The notes under the pieces: model-generated
What the model saw: only the letters and a program-made list of their open reading frames with translations
Databases searched by the model: none
What the model was told of the DNA's origin: nothing
Shown: positions 62,312 to 64,000 of the stretch, piece by piece
Layout: every line of letters begins with the position of its first letter
Numbering within the stretch: position 1 is the first letter of the stretch
Program-made: the position numbers and the translations under genes
Origin: Candidatus Zhuqueibacterota bacterium
GTDB lineage: Bacteria > Zhuqueibacterota > Zhuqueibacteria > Thermofontimicrobiales > Thiofontviventaceae
Direction: 5' to 3'
Assembly (NCBI GenBank): GCA_036351795.1
Contig: JAZBPW010000174.1
Span: 339-64,338 of the forward strand
Length of the DNA stretch: 64,000 bases

Positions 62312-63334
62312 ATGAAAATTGTGGTCATCGGCGCAGGTGCCGTCGGCGGGGTCATTGCCGCGTATCTGAGCAGGGATAAGTACGATGTTGAACTGGTATG
62401 CAAGCATAAAGAGAACGTAGAAGCGATTTTGAATAACGGGCTTCGTGTTCAGGGCTTGAAGGGAGATGTGATCGCTTACCCTCTGGCCGTGCTCGATGTC
62501 TCGCAGATAAGTGAACGACCGGATATCGTATTCCTGGCCACAAAGGCGCATGATGTAGAAGAGGTCACCAGAGCACTTATTCCATACCTTCACGAAGATA
62601 CCATGGTTGTACCGCTGCAGAATGGGATTTGCGAAGACAAGGTGGCCAATATTGTCGGCAGATCGAGAACGGTCGGTTGTGTTGTCGAATGGGGATCGAC
62701 TCTCACCGGTCCGGGACGTATGGAGGTGACTTCCGATGGCCGTTTTATTATTGGTGAATTGAACAATACCAATACACATCGCCTCATCTTGCTGAAATCC
62801 GTCTTGGACAGGATATTCCCTGTCGTCGTCACAGATAATATATACGGCGCGCTCTATTCCAAATTGATCGTAAATTCGTGCATCACCACACTTGGCGCGA
62901 TCACCGGATTGAATCTTGGCGACATGCTCAAAATGACAGCGGCGAGGGAGATATTTCTGAAAACTTTCTCCGAAGCTGTATCGGTGACACGGGCTGCCGG
63001 GATCAGACTTGAAAAAATTGGAGATCGGCTGAATCCGTATGATATCGAATTGAATCATGATGAGAAGAAGAGTAAATTATCGCTCTCTCTCCTGAAAAAG
63101 AATATCATCATTATACTGATGGGATTGAAATACAGAAAGCTCAAATCGTCTTCTCTTCAATCACTCGAGCGGGGTAGAAGCACTGAAGTCGATTCTCTTA
63201 ACGGACATATCGTCGATATGGCGAAACAGCTGCATGTACCGGTGCCAATGAACCTTAGGCTCATCTCGATGGTAAAAGACATTGAAAACGACAAGCGGAA
63301 AAGTGATCCGGATAATTTATATCAAATCGTCTAA
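62312..63334 (+). CDS. panE: 2-dehydropantoate 2-reductase (ketopantoate reductase, ApbA/PanE family)
   Basis: GGAGG RBS. Rossmann motif MKIVVIGAGAVGGVIAAYL. C-terminal motif SSLQSLERGRSTEVDSLNGHIVDMAKQLHVPVPMN. Confidence 0.8.
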   Translation: MKIVVIGAGAVGGVIAAYLSRDKYDVELVCKHKENVEAILNNGLRVQGLKGDVIAYPLAVLDVSQISERPDIVFLATKAHDVEEVTRALIPYLHEDTMVVPLQNGICEDKVANIVGRSRTVGCVVEWGSTLTGPGRMEVTSDGRFIIGELNNTNTHRLILLKSVLDRIFPVVVTDNIYGALYSKLIVNSCITTLGAITGLNLGDMLKMTAAREIFLKTFSEAVSVTRAAGIRLEKIGDRLNPYDIELNHDEKKSKLSLSLLKKNIIIILMGLKYRKLKSSSLQSLERGRSTEVDSLNGHIVDMAKQLHVPVPMNLRLISMVKDIENDKRKSDPDNLYQIV

Positions 63335-63384
63335 TATCTATCCCGAATTGCTCGGTGAATATTAAGGGAAACCATAATCAGTAT

Positions 63385-63528
63385 ATGTCAAAACGAACAA
63401 GAGTGAATGGTATCATCATACTGCTGATCACGTTGATCGGCATCTATTTTTACTTTAATGTCAACTACTACGATCGCTATCTCATTAAAAACGCGAAACA
63501 GGTGGAAGCGAAGCACTCACCCGATTGA
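63385..63528 (+). CDS. Possible 47-aa single-TM small protein (not in the ORF track)
   Basis: ATG 63385 gives MSKRTRVNGIIILLITLIGIYFYFNVNYYDRYLIKNAKQVEAKHSPD. It has a positively charged N-terminus followed by one hydrophobic helix. No clear RBS and no homology evidence. Confidence 0.3.
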   Translation: MSKRTRVNGIIILLITLIGIYFYFNVNYYDRYLIKNAKQVEAKHSPD

Positions 63529-63546
63529 TTCATGAATTCACATCAG

Positions 63547-63568
63547 GTTGGGAATTCCCAACGATTTT
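63547..63568. terminator. Perfect 16-bp palindrome between convergent genes (possible bidirectional terminator)
   Basis: GTTGGGAATTCCCAAC (63547-63562) is followed by GATTTT. It lies between the + strand panE/small ORF and the - strand amidohydrolase stop at 63605. Confidence 0.35.
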
Positions 63569-63604
63569 CGTCACTGATGCACGAGAAAAAATGCATCTGG
63601 CGGT

Positions 63605-64000
63605 TCATTGTCGTTGAAACACAATTTTTCCACCCAGTATCGTGTAAAGCACTTTCGTGGACATGATTTTATCTTCAGGGATTGTGAACAGATCCTGATC
63701 GAGTATCACGATATCCGCCAGCTTGCCCGGAGTGAGCGATCCTTTTAGATCCTCTTCGAATGAAGCGAACGCAGATCCAAGGGTGAAATATTTAATGGCA
63801 TCATACATCGTGAGCCTCTGCTCGGGGAACCATCCCCCTTCCGGCAGACCGGATTCAATATTTTTCCGTGCAACAGCTGTGTAGAGGTTTCGCATGGGAT
63901 TCAGCGGTTCCACCGGCCAGTCGCTGCCGAAAGCCATCATGACATCGTGGTCCAGCATCGATTTCCACGCGTAAGAGCCTTTGCATCTCTCCTTCCCAAT
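63605..64000 (-). CDS. Amidohydrolase-3 family protein, C-terminal part (gene continues beyond the window end)
   Basis: The frame stays open upstream of the track's Met to nt 64000 (…IGKERCKGSYAWKSMLDHDVMMAFGSDWPV…). This aligns with the paralog at 49490-51103 (…IGSKRVRQLYLWQTLIHRGIRMAFGTDWPV…, GKLADI.VLS). Confidence 0.8.
   Translation of the reverse strand: MGKERCKGSYAWKSMLDHDVMMAFGSDWPVEPLNPMRNLYTAVARKNIESGLPEGGWFPEQRLTMYDAIKYFTLGSAFASFEEDLKGSLTPGKLADIVILDQDLFTIPEDKIMSTKVLYTILGGKIVFQRQ

Noticed and set aside
62228-63058. 276-aa minus-strand ORF
   Set aside because: It is antisense to panE and the NlpC/P60 3' end. It has no recognisable domain, whereas the + strand frames have clear Rossmann and C40 motifs.
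1-64000. CRISPR arrays, transposases/integrases, prophage or defence-system genes
   Set aside because: I saw no regularly spaced direct repeats. I recognised no integrase, transposase, nuclease or helicase/ATPase defence signature in any ORF. The only repeated DNA is the conserved 5' end of the T9SS CTD coding segments (…AA(T/C)TA(T/C)CC(G/C/A)AA(T/C)CC(G/A)TTCAA…).

Overview
This is a 64-kb chromosomal fragment at roughly 48-50% GC by eye, with standard code 11, about 40 genes and no rRNA, tRNA, CRISPR or transposase. It most likely comes from an uncultured member of the FCB (Fibrobacterota-Chlorobiota-Bacteroidota) superphylum. Eight proteins end in type IX secretion (T9SS)-style C-terminal sorting domains. 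Promoters nonetheless look sigma70-like (TTGACA-17-TATATT) and Shine-Dalgarno sites are strong, which argues against classical Bacteroidia. All calls rest on motif recognition by eye; no BLAST or HMM search was possible.

Layout:
- nt 1-22291: a co-directional, eight-gene surface and outer-membrane island. It holds a BNR (Asp-box repeat) propeller protein, a SusC-like TonB-dependent barrel, a 1237-aa giant secreted protein, a PorV/PorQ-like barrel, a 1003-aa MAM-like/FN3 protein, and an operon of one S8 subtilisin plus two tandem C1A papain-like proteases.
- nt 22.3-57.8 kb: mostly housekeeping genes, including nadB, a deoxynucleoside kinase, ptsN-like, a TrmH-family methyltransferase, SpoIID, an M19 dipeptidase, class II RNR nrdJ, recN, dnaE, a long-form rmlA-like gene, GT4, an M23 peptidase and a garR-like dehydrogenase. 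Embedded here is a clear FMN riboswitch with an intrinsic-terminator expression platform. It controls an ABC importer made of a fused ATPase-permease and an NMT1/THI5-like binding lipoprotein.
- nt 57.8-64 kb: a 1179-aa SGNH esterase with Big_1, CBM-like, dockerin-like and cohesin-like modules and a T9SS sorting domain, followed by NlpC/P60, panE and a truncated amidohydrolase paralog.

The best candidate for a new system is the tightly packed module of SusC-like barrel, giant sorting-domain protein and PorV/PorQ-like barrel (1750-9545). It has no SusD and sits next to the secreted protease operon. I read it as a possible SusD-independent, T9SS-anchored capture and uptake machine, perhaps a protein-utilisation locus. 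This is inference and needs homology, synteny and structural tests.
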